A stretch of DNA of 64,000 nt from Actinomycetes bacterium (GTDB lineage: Bacteria; Actinomycetota; Acidimicrobiia; Acidimicrobiales; JAJYXR01). A program made the position numbers and the translations under genes. Positions 16,756-24,775 of this stretch are shown in pieces; the first letter of the stretch is position 1, and each line of letters opens with the position of its first letter. The DNA lies in the NCBI GenBank assembly GCA_021801525.1, contig JAJYXW010000192.1, positions 14,898 to 78,897 of the forward strand, read 5' to 3'. The notes below the pieces were generated by a model. The model had not been told where the DNA came from. It did no database searches and saw only the letters and a list, made by a program, of their open reading frames with translations.

Positions 16756-16804
16756 CAGCTAGATTGTCCGCTCCCAGGGCCCCGGTACGCAAGGAAGCAG
16801 GCTT

Positions 16805-18484
16805 TTGCTTCGTTCTCCCTACGTGGGGCAAGCGGGACTGCGATTGGCCAGGCGCCAGAGAGTGCACTGGCGCCGTGTTCGGTGGGTGTGCACATGGCTG
16901 GTCGTGGTGTTCGTCGTAGCCGGCGTTGCAGGCCTTCACCAGGCGGCTGCCCGCCGGAGCGATCCGATAGCCTCCACGAGCTCTGCCGCCGGCAGCGGCG
17001 TGCTCGCAGGCGCACGCGCAGACCCGCCGGCGGCTGGATCGAACCTGTTCGTGGGCAACAAGGCGAGCTTCGTGTCGTCGACGGGGGGATGGGTGGGCGT
17101 GAGGGCGGCAGTGTCCTGGGTCGCCGGCCCTTCCGACAGCGGGCGCGGCGCGCTCGAGCTTCGCCCTACGACCAGGAAGTCCGCTTCGGCGTGGTCGGGC
17201 GGCGGTCCCGGTAGTGACACTCCTGCGTCGGCACCGCTCGTCTACGAGGCGAGCGCCACCGTGGAGGCTGCCGGTGCTCCGGTCACGGCCCAGGCGTTGC
17301 TCGCTTTCTATTCGAGAACAGGGCGGTACCTGACCGCTCTTTGGAGCCAGGGAACGTCCCTGCAACCCGGCACGTGGACTGCTCTACCCGGAGCAGTGGG
17401 CATCGCACCTCCGGGTACCGCCTGGACGAGGCTCGGCATTGTCATGTACTCCACGTCGACGGCCGAGCGGCTCTTCGTCGACAAGGCCAGCCTGCTGTCG
17501 GCTGCGGCCGGTGCCCCGCCGGTCGTGGGCCCTCTGAACGTTTCGGGGACCCACATCGTGGACGCAGCCGGCAAGCCCGTCGACCTGCGCGGCCTCACGA
17601 TCTACGGGCTCGAGGAGAGCCCCGACCCGCCCAGCCTGAGCCGCTCCGAGGTGCTGGCGGCAAAGGCGTGGGGGGCGAACATCATCCGGGTTCCCCTAGG
17701 TGAGCAGCTGTGGCTCTCGTCGAGCTGCCAGTACGACCCGAAGTACGCGGCGGCCGTCACGAAGATGGTCGGGTGGATCACCTCTCTCGGGATGGTGGCG
17801 TTGCTGGACCTCCATTTCAACGCGGTAACCCACTGCGGCAAGGCAGGCCAGCAGCCCATGGCCGACTTTCCCGGGTCGATCGAGTTTTGGAAGCAGGTGG
17901 CAGCGCGCTTCGGGTCGAACCCCCTCGTGGCCTTCGACCTCTACAACGAGCCTCACGGGCTTACCACCGCGCAGTGGCTAGACGGCGGGACCGTTCACGT
18001 TCCCCCCACACCGCCCTTCGACGCGGCGGGCATGCAGCAGCTCTATGACGCGGTCCGCTCTACGGGTGCTAGGAACGTCATCTTCGTGAGCGGCAACAGC
18101 TGGGCCAATGTGTTCCCCGGAGCGCTGGTGAAGGGCTACAACATCGTCTATGCAGTCAACACCTACACGTGCCCGTGGATCGCGCCGCCGCAGTGCGGGT
18201 TCCCGCGACCCTACGAAGCGCGCTTCCTGCCTCAGTGGGCAGCAGATGCGACTCAGGTGCCGGTGATCGTGGGCGAGTTCGGCTGGCCCAGCCCGTACAG
18301 TGGTACCTTCAACTCGAACGTCATCGACTTCGCGCAGGCGCAAGGCTGGGGCTGGATAGCCTTCGCCTGGGACGGCACCACGAGCGGGCGCTTCGACTTG
18401 CTGTCGCAGATGATCCCAGGTGGGCCCTACGAGCCCGCCCCCGCGGGGATGCCGGTCCTCGCGGCCCTGGCGGGCCTGCCGTGA
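16805..18484 (+). CDS. Secreted glycoside hydrolase family 5 with an N-terminal CBM4/9-like module (paralog B)
   Basis: Same architecture as 14146-15807, with long identical runs: PLGEQLWLSSSCQYD, SLGMVALLDLHFN, FGSNPLVAFDLYNEPHGLTTAQWL, FPGALVKGYNI. The nucleophile motif is VIVGEFGWPS. Confidence 0.8.
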   Translation: MLRSPYVGQAGLRLARRQRVHWRRVRWVCTWLVVVFVVAGVAGLHQAAARRSDPIASTSSAAGSGVLAGARADPPAAGSNLFVGNKASFVSSTGGWVGVRAAVSWVAGPSDSGRGALELRPTTRKSASAWSGGGPGSDTPASAPLVYEASATVEAAGAPVTAQALLAFYSRTGRYLTALWSQGTSLQPGTWTALPGAVGIAPPGTAWTRLGIVMYSTSTAERLFVDKASLLSAAAGAPPVVGPLNVSGTHIVDAAGKPVDLRGLTIYGLEESPDPPSLSRSEVLAAKAWGANIIRVPLGEQLWLSSSCQYDPKYAAAVTKMVGWITSLGMVALLDLHFNAVTHCGKAGQQPMADFPGSIEFWKQVAARFGSNPLVAFDLYNEPHGLTTAQWLDGGTVHVPPTPPFDAAGMQQLYDAVRSTGARNVIFVSGNSWANVFPGALVKGYNIVYAVNTYTCPWIAPPQCGFPRPYEARFLPQWAADATQVPVIVGEFGWPSPYSGTFNSNVIDFAQAQGWGWIAFAWDGTTSGRFDLLSQMIPGGPYEPAPAGMPVLAALAGLP

Positions 18485-19518
18485 GCGCGCTGAGAGGCGG
18501 CCCCGCCACCGGCCCCGCCACCGGCCCCGCCACCGGCCCCGCCACCGGCCCCGCCACCGGCCCCGCCACCGACTCGGTCCCGGGCGCGCGCCCCGGCGCC
18601 CCGGCGCTCCTCGTGAGCGTCGTCGTTCCGACCAGGAACCGCCCTCTCTTGCTGGCTGAGGCGCTCTCCTCGGTGCTCGCACAGACCTACACGAACGTCG
18701 AGGTGATTGTGGTGGACGACGGCTCGGACCAGCCCGTATCGATCGACCACCTGCCGCAGCACCCTGCAGTGCCACTGCGACTGGTGCGGCTGGCAGGCCG
18801 GAAAGGGGCTGCTGCTGCCCGCAACGCCGGCATCCGCATGGCCCGGGGCGAGCTGATCGCGTTCCTCGACGACGATGACTGCTGGGAGCCCGGCAAGGTG
18901 GCTTGCCAGGTCGCCTACCTGGCTTCTCATCCGGAAGTCGGCGCGGTCTCGTGCTGGCACGCCGTCGTGGACGAGCGAGGAGCTGCGCAGTATCCGAGAG
19001 CTCAGCACTATCGCGGGCCCGAGGTCTTCGGCCGGAGGCAGGTGGCGTGGATGCTCTTCCCGCGCAGCTTCTCGCTCGTGATGCTGAGGAGGTCCGTCAT
19101 CGGCGACGACCTGCTGCTCGACGAGCGCTTCCCGAGCGTCGAGGACTGGGACCTCTGGATGCGTTGCTCCCGCCGTGGGCCGATCGCCGTGCTGCCCGAG
19201 ACGCTGTGCAGGGTTCGGGTCCATGACCAGGGACGCCTCTCCGATCGCTCATCGGAGCTCCGCGGGCTCGAGGCGTTTGCGCGAAAGCACTGGAGCTCGC
19301 TCAGCAAGGCTGAGCGCTGCTACTTGCGAGCTCACCAGACGATGCTCACGGAGGGCAGGGTCATGCACAGGCTGGCCGTGCTGCGTTCCCTCGTCACTAG
19401 CTCGGCGGGCGCTAGCGTCCTGTTGGTGACGGAGCAACTGGCTCGACTGCTGGGCAGGCTGCTCGGCGACCCCGGCCTGGTCGACCGGGTGCGCTCGGCG
19501 ATGGTGGGTGCCCAGTGA
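18481..19518 (+). CDS. Family-2 glycosyltransferase (GT2) with an N-terminal (GPAT)x6 repeat
   Basis: GTG 18481 overlaps the GH5 stop (GTGA). Conserved text: LLVSVVVPTRNRPLLLAEALSSVLAQTYTNVEVIVVDDGSDQ...IAFLDDDDCWEPGK. The part of the track ORF upstream of 18481 is the alternate frame of the GH5 gene. Confidence 0.85.
   Translation: MSALRGGPATGPATGPATGPATGPATGPATDSVPGARPGAPALLVSVVVPTRNRPLLLAEALSSVLAQTYTNVEVIVVDDGSDQPVSIDHLPQHPAVPLRLVRLAGRKGAAAARNAGIRMARGELIAFLDDDDCWEPGKVACQVAYLASHPEVGAVSCWHAVVDERGAAQYPRAQHYRGPEVFGRRQVAWMLFPRSFSLVMLRRSVIGDDLLLDERFPSVEDWDLWMRCSRRGPIAVLPETLCRVRVHDQGRLSDRSSELRGLEAFARKHWSSLSKAERCYLRAHQTMLTEGRVMHRLAVLRSLVTSSAGASVLLVTEQLARLLGRLLGDPGLVDRVRSAMVGAQ
18499..18570. repeat. 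Perfect 12-nt tandem repeat x6 (GGCCCCGCCACC) at the 5' end of the GT2 gene
   Basis: Counted directly; encodes (GPAT)x6 starting at codon 7. Confidence 0.95.
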
Positions 19519-20603
19519 CGAGTTCCGCGCGAGTGGTGGTGGATGCCGACGTCCTCGGGCGCCACCGTACGGGTGACGAGACCTATGTGAGCAACTTGCT
19601 CCAGGGGCTCGTCCGCCTGCCCCGCACGCTCGAGATCAGAGCAGTGGCTCGGCAGGCCTCCGTCGTGCCGCGCGACGTGGTCCCCATAGAGCTCGCGGTC
19701 CGGTCCCAGGCAGCCCGCATGGGCTGGCGGCTCCCGCGGGTGCTCTCGCGGCTCAGCCCTTGCCTCGCCCACTTCCAGTACGTGATCCCGCCCGCCTACA
19801 GGGGACCGGCTGTCGTAACGGTGCACGACATCTCCTTCGACCGCTTCCCCGAGCTAGAGGACCGCTTCGACGGCCTCGCGCTGCGCACATTGGTCCCGCG
19901 CTCTCTAAAGCGCGCCGCGGCCGTTCTCACGGTGTCCGAGTGGACAAAGACCGACATCGTCGACCGCTACGCGATCCCACCGCATCGCGTGGTGGTCACA
20001 CCCAACGGTGTCGACCCCATCTTCAAGCCGGAGCCAACGGGGTGGGCAGACGCCGATCTCGCCTGGCACGGCGATCCGCTTGCCCGGCCGTACCTACTGT
20101 TCGTCGGGGCAATCCGGCCGAGGAAGGACCCGGTCACGGCCCTCAGAGCGCTCGCCATGCTCGACGGTGACATCGGGCTGGTCATGGTCGGTCCCCCCAA
20201 GCGCGAGATCGACCGCGTGCTCGTCACAGTGGAAGAGCTGGGGTTGGGCGGTCGAGTAGCGCTCCTCGGGTACGTTCCGAGGGAGCGCCTGGCAGCCCTC
20301 TACAGGAATGCTGCTTGCCTGGTGCTTCCGTCGCTCTACGAAGGCTTCGGCTTACCGGTGGTGGAGGCCATGGCGTCGGGCACGCCGGTGGTGGCGAGCT
20401 CGGTAGGGGCGATACCCGAGGTTGCCGGGGACGCGGCGGTGCTCGTCCCTCCTGGGGACCCGGGAGCGCTGGCCGAGGGAGTCCGTGCGGCCTTGGAGAA
20501 CAGGGACCGGCTGGTGGCTGCCGGGTTGGAGCGCTCGTCGACGTTCTCGTGGGACTACCTCGCGCGTCGCACTCTCCAGGTGTACGAGGAGATCCTGGCC
20601 TGA
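19515..20603 (+). CDS. Family-4 glycosyltransferase (GT4)
   Basis: The start overlaps the upstream stop (GTGA). Conserved text: VVDADVLGRHRTGDETYVSNLL...LLFVGAIRPRKD...PSLYEGFGLPVVEAMASGTPVVASSVGAIPEV. Confidence 0.85.
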   Translation: MTSSARVVVDADVLGRHRTGDETYVSNLLQGLVRLPRTLEIRAVARQASVVPRDVVPIELAVRSQAARMGWRLPRVLSRLSPCLAHFQYVIPPAYRGPAVVTVHDISFDRFPELEDRFDGLALRTLVPRSLKRAAAVLTVSEWTKTDIVDRYAIPPHRVVVTPNGVDPIFKPEPTGWADADLAWHGDPLARPYLLFVGAIRPRKDPVTALRALAMLDGDIGLVMVGPPKREIDRVLVTVEELGLGGRVALLGYVPRERLAALYRNAACLVLPSLYEGFGLPVVEAMASGTPVVASSVGAIPEVAGDAAVLVPPGDPGALAEGVRAALENRDRLVAAGLERSSTFSWDYLARRTLQVYEEILA

Positions 20604-20683
20604 TCGGCGGAGCTCCGGGCGCTCATCGAACGACCGGGCAGCCAGAACGCACGGGACATTCCGGACATCGCAACTTACACAGC

Positions 20684-21919
20684 TCAGAGAACCATCTTGC
20701 GGTGCTTCAGGCTTCCGCCGACCAGTGAGACGCACCCGATCAGATCCCCGAGAGCGAGCTGCGCCAACCGGAGCGCAGCGGGCCGCCCGACGCGGTCGCG
20801 TGCCTCGGATGATGCGAGGACAGCCCAGGGCAGTGATCCCGCGATGGCCACTGATGGAGCCTTCAGCACAATAGCGGCGGCGCTCGCGATCACCATGAGG
20901 TCGAACGCGGCCGTTCGGGGAGCGAGGAAGGGACGCTTCCACAACACGAGGTTCCCGTACGGGCTCTTGCGCAGCAATGCCGGGAACAGTCTCAGACGGC
21001 GGTGCTCGTCGAGCCAGTCGCGATACGTGGCGGGCAGGTGGCGGTGCTCGACGCGCGCAGCGGGAGCGAACACCACGAGGGCGCCGCTCGACACGACCGC
21101 CCAGCCGAGGATGGCGTCCTCGCCGAATGGACGGTTGCCCGCCGACGCCCTGGTGGGGCGAGCACGTCGCCTGGTGCGCTCGACCGGCTGGTCATCGCTT
21201 AGAGGCTCAGCGGATAGGGGTGCCGGGCTCGCCACCCCCCAGACTTCGCATTGCGGCGTTGTCGTCATCGGACAGGCACTCCAGCCTGCCCTTCCTTCTC
21301 CGCCTTGCCCTGCTCGTCTGGATGAACGGCTCCCTGATCCAACCTCCCCATCCGCTGAGCCTCTTCTGGGGATCGGGGGGGCGGCTCGTGCGGCACCGCT
21401 GAAACCGCCGACCGCGTCCAGGTCCTCCCGGCGGTAGGCGATGTTGCAGGTCTCGAACAGCCAAGTCGGCTCCTTGACCCACACGGTGCGAGCCCACACG
21501 CCCGCATGGGTTTCGTCCCCTCGCCAGGGAAGCGTCGATCCCTGCACCACAGACGGCCGAGATGGCCCCCCCGATCGCGTCATCGCCTCGCACAGGGCGC
21601 CGAGCCAACCAGGGCTCGGCAGGCAGTCGTCGTCGGTGAAGGCCACGATCGGAGCGCGAGAGGCCTGTACAGCAGCATCGCGCGCTGTCCCTACTCCCGC
21701 GTCGAGCGCCAAGTGCACGGCCCGGAGCCGCAGCGGGCTGGTCGCCACGAGCACGCCAAGCACCGTCCAGGTGTCGTCGGTCGAGCCATTGTCCGTGATT
21801 ATCACTTCGACCTGCTCGCGCGGGAACTTCTGGGCTTCGAGCGCTTCGAGCAGGGCCGGCAGGAACGCCGAGCGATTGTGGGTGCTGACGGCGACCGCGA
21901 CGCTCGGCGTGCCGCCCAG
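20684..21919 (-). CDS. GT2 glycosyltransferase, paralog of domain 2 of 7643-9712. It carries a ~80-90 aa in-frame insertion and its start is unresolved.
   Basis: The track ORF starts at GTG 21805 (MIITDNGSTDDT). The same frame stays open up to 22006 and encodes the conserved GT2 N-terminus TPSVAVAVSTHNRSAFLPALLEALEAQ, with no ATG/GTG/TTG upstream. CTG 21919-21917 is used here as a nominal start. Other motifs are VAFTDDDCLPSPGW and FETCNIAYRREDLDAVGGF. The C-terminus GSLKHRKMVL mirrors GSMKHRTLVL of the paralog. Confidence 0.7.
   Translation of the reverse strand: MGGTPSVAVAVSTHNRSAFLPALLEALEAQKFPREQVEVIITDNGSTDDTWTVLGVLVATSPLRLRAVHLALDAGVGTARDAAVQASRAPIVAFTDDDCLPSPGWLGALCEAMTRSGGPSRPSVVQGSTLPWRGDETHAGVWARTVWVKEPTWLFETCNIAYRREDLDAVGGFSGAARAAPPIPRRGSADGEVGSGSRSSRRAGQGGEGRAGWSACPMTTTPQCEVWGVASPAPLSAEPLSDDQPVERTRRRARPTRASAGNRPFGEDAILGWAVVSSGALVVFAPAARVEHRHLPATYRDWLDEHRRLRLFPALLRKSPYGNLVLWKRPFLAPRTAAFDLMVIASAAAIVLKAPSVAIAGSLPWAVLASSEARDRVGRPAALRLAQLALGDLIGCVSLVGGSLKHRKMVL
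21201..21364. repeat. 15-bp perfect inverted repeat (AGAGGCTCAGCGGAT / ATCCGCTGAGCCTCT) separated by 134 bp, inside the GT2 coding sequence
   Basis: Left arm 21201-21215, right arm 21350-21364. Pairing extends to GGGG/CCCC with a one-base bulge. Confidence 0.85.
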
Positions 21920-22183
21920 GTCCCAACCCGGGCTCTCGACGGTTAGGTAACCTGCAGTTGGCTTCGTGGCTACCTCCGACGACGCCTGGTCTGGGAACGC
22001 GAGCTCTCAGGGTGCACTTGCGCTGAGGCTCGTTGTCGTTACAATACCGTTACGAAAACGAGGTCTTCGTCGCCCTTGGCAGCATGACGGCATAGCAGCA
22101 TGACGGCATGACAGTGCGGCGGCGGAGCTGGTTGGTGCAGGCGTCCGTGTAGACGGGCCTCCCCCTGGATCGCCAGGGGACCG

Positions 22184-23947
22184 GTGGGCGGCCCCGGTGG
22201 AGAAACCGAGGATATGGGCATCGCAGACTCGCAGGAGATGATCGCGGACTGGAGAGCCCGGCGGCGCTACGTGCTGGCCGGGCTCGGGGCGCGGGCGGAG
22301 CCCGTCCGCAACGTCGTGCGCGGCGGCCTCGACCGGGCACTTTCGAAGGTGGCAGCCTGGGACGAAGCGGTCAGGTCGAGGTGGCCCTTCACCGCCCTGG
22401 CGGCACCCGGTCCCGGCCCCCTCGAGCCGGCGGACAGCGATCGCCTGCTTGTCCGGCCTGCCATCCTCGGTTTCGTGGCGGTGGTCGCCATCACCGTGGG
22501 TTCGTCCTTCGAGAGCTCCCCGTTTGCCCTGAAGATGCCGGGCGCCTGGTTCTTCGGGGTACCTGCCACTGGTCAGTCGCCTGGTCAGGGTGGGCTGTTC
22601 ATCGGCCTGGTCGCCGTCTACGGGGGTCTGCTGCTCTTGATGCGAGTGTGGTTCGGGCTGGTGAAGACCTTGTCCAAGCGCCCCGGGATCCCCGTGCGCA
22701 AGCTCGTGGCAGTGTTCGCATTGTGGGTGGTGCCCCTGCTCGTGGCGCCTCCGCTGTTCAGCCGGGACGTGTACAGCTATGCCGCGCAGGGGGAGATGGT
22801 GGCTCACCACATAGATCCCTACCGGTATGGACCGGACGTCATGGGCGCCGGTCCGTTCGTGACCCTCGTTGATCCCCTCTGGGGGAACACCCCGGCGCCC
22901 TATGGCCCTGCCTTCCTGGCTGTAGACGGCTTCCTCACAACTGCTTCTCATCACAACGAGCTGGTCGACGTCGTCCTGCTCCGCCTGCTCGAGCTCGCCG
23001 GCGTTGCCCTCCTTGCCTGGGGGGTGCCCGCGCTGGCGCGATCGGTGAAACGCGATCCCGGCGAAGCGTTCGTTCTCGCACTGTTGAACCCAGTCACCGT
23101 CCTGCACCTGATCGGGGGCGCGCACAATGATGCCTTGATGCTGGGCCTACTTGTGGCCGGGCTCGTGTTCGCGCGCAGGAACAGACCGGTCGTCGGCATC
23201 CTCCTGTGCACGTTGGCGACTGCCGTGAAGGTTCCGGCTGCCCTCGGGATCGTATACATAGGCTGGGAGTGGATGGGGCCGAAGATCCCCTGGCGCGAAC
23301 GCGTGCGTCCCGTGGTGACCGCCGGGCTCATATCTCTGGCGGCCATGGAGGTGCTCTCGCTCGTCACCGGGCTCGGGTGGAGCTGGGTTCTCAACCTCGC
23401 GACCCCTGGCACGGTGCGCTCTTGGCTTGCCCCCGCTACGGCGGTCGGCCTTGTCCTAGGCCACCTGGTTCATGGGGTTGGGGTGGGAGTCCCAGTGCAC
23501 GTCATGCTGTCGCTCGTCCGAGTGCTCAGTCTCCTCGCGGCGGGGGTGGCTGGCCTGTGGCTGTTGTGGAACTCCGAACGCGTGGGCAGTCTCAGAGCCA
23601 TGGGGATCACTTTCCTCCTCGTGGTCATCCTTGGCCCCGTAGTGCAGCCTTGGTACCTGTCCTGGGGGCTCATAGTCCTGGCGCCGGTTGCGGTCGGGAA
23701 GATCAGGTCGGTGATCATCGCGCTCTCGATCTCGTCAGCGTTCATCGGGCTGCCTGGCGGCAAGCAGCTGTTCGACGAGCTGGTCCACGCGAACCCGCTT
23801 GCCATGGCGGCTGCCCTGCTCGTGCTGCTCGCGGTGCTCACGGTGCCGCTCACGCCGTGGGATCGCCAGAGGCTGGTGCCGCCCAAGCCACCCTCGGCTG
23901 GGGGAGACCGCTCGGACGCTCCTGGTCTGGCACCCTCCAACGCCTGA
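22184..23947 (+). CDS. Polytopic GT-C membrane glycosyltransferase, MptB/DUF2029-like (polyprenyl-phosphate-sugar dependent mannosyltransferase family)
   Basis: 587 aa with many transmembrane segments. The loop motif FSRDVYSYAAQGEMVAHHIDPYRYGP...LWGNTPAPYGPAF resembles mycobacterial MptA/MptB-type enzymes. The start is uncertain; ATG 22214 is an alternative. Confidence 0.55.
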   Translation: MGGPGGETEDMGIADSQEMIADWRARRRYVLAGLGARAEPVRNVVRGGLDRALSKVAAWDEAVRSRWPFTALAAPGPGPLEPADSDRLLVRPAILGFVAVVAITVGSSFESSPFALKMPGAWFFGVPATGQSPGQGGLFIGLVAVYGGLLLLMRVWFGLVKTLSKRPGIPVRKLVAVFALWVVPLLVAPPLFSRDVYSYAAQGEMVAHHIDPYRYGPDVMGAGPFVTLVDPLWGNTPAPYGPAFLAVDGFLTTASHHNELVDVVLLRLLELAGVALLAWGVPALARSVKRDPGEAFVLALLNPVTVLHLIGGAHNDALMLGLLVAGLVFARRNRPVVGILLCTLATAVKVPAALGIVYIGWEWMGPKIPWRERVRPVVTAGLISLAAMEVLSLVTGLGWSWVLNLATPGTVRSWLAPATAVGLVLGHLVHGVGVGVPVHVMLSLVRVLSLLAAGVAGLWLLWNSERVGSLRAMGITFLLVVILGPVVQPWYLSWGLIVLAPVAVGKIRSVIIALSISSAFIGLPGGKQLFDELVHANPLAMAAALLVLLAVLTVPLTPWDRQRLVPPKPPSAGGDRSDAPGLAPSNA

Positions 23948-23996
23948 CTCTGCCAACGCCTGACTCTGCCAACGCCTGACTCTGCCCACGCCTACC
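23937..23996. repeat. 16-nt tandem repeat x3.7 (CCAACGCCTGACTCTG) spanning the stop codon of the MptB-like gene
   Basis: Copies at 23937-52, 23953-68 and 23969-84, plus a partial copy. Confidence 0.9.
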
Positions 23997-24033
23997 GGCC
24001 CAAGGCAGCCCGTCAATCGCGCTCCGCGGGCGG

Positions 24034-24660
24034 CTAGAGCATTTTCTGCATGACTGCGACATCGAGCCAGCGGCCGAACTTGCGCCCGATCTCGCGCTCT
24101 ATCCCCACCATGACGAACCCGCACTTTGTGTGCACGCTCGTCGAAGCCGCGTTGGCCGCGCCAATGCGGGCTATCACGGTGTGGAAGCCATGCTCGGACG
24201 CCAAGCGCACGAGCTCCCCGAGGATGGCATGTCCGACGCCGACACCCCTGTGGGTCGAAGCGACGTAGACCGAGTCCTCAACCGTCGTCGAGTACGCGGG
24301 TCGGTCCCTGTAGGGCGATAGCGAGCCGAACCCGATCACGTCCTCGCCATCGAGCGCGACAAGGGCGGGATGCGCCCCTTGGTGCTCTGCTATCCAGGTC
24401 AGTTGTTGGGCCTCCGTTCGCGCTTCGAGATCGAAGGTAGCGGTGGAGCCGATCACCTCTGCGTTGTAGATCGAACGTATCGCCTCGGCATCGTGCTCGG
24501 TGGCAAGGCGAAGTGGCCAGATCCTTCCCCGCAGCATCGTGCTGCGCTGTGCCTCGGCCTGGTCCTTGGTGCTCGTCTCCTCGTCCACCGGGTCGATCGT
24601 AGTGATCTCGGGTCGTGCCGACGGGCTCATGAGCCCCCGTTCTGTTCTACGAAGTTCCAC
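24034..24660 (-). CDS. GNAT family N-acetyltransferase (phosphinothricin/amino-acid N-acetyltransferase-like)
   Basis: Conserved text: LRLATEHDAEAIRSIYNAEV...VYVASTHRGVGVGHAILGELVRLASEHGFHTVIARI...NAASTSVHTKCGFVMVG. The true start may be the internal ATG at 24537. Confidence 0.8.
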   Translation of the reverse strand: MELRRTERGLMSPSARPEITTIDPVDEETSTKDQAEAQRSTMLRGRIWPLRLATEHDAEAIRSIYNAEVIGSTATFDLEARTEAQQLTWIAEHQGAHPALVALDGEDVIGFGSLSPYRDRPAYSTTVEDSVYVASTHRGVGVGHAILGELVRLASEHGFHTVIARIGAANAASTSVHTKCGFVMVGIEREIGRKFGRWLDVAVMQKML

Positions 24661-24775
24661 AGAGGGCTCTCAGGCGGCTGTCAGGAATGGGGAGCACCAT
24701 GTCACGAGAACGGCATAGCCAAGGGGACCCTAGGGCTCGCAATGGAGAACGGATGAAGAGAGAGGGACGGAAGCC

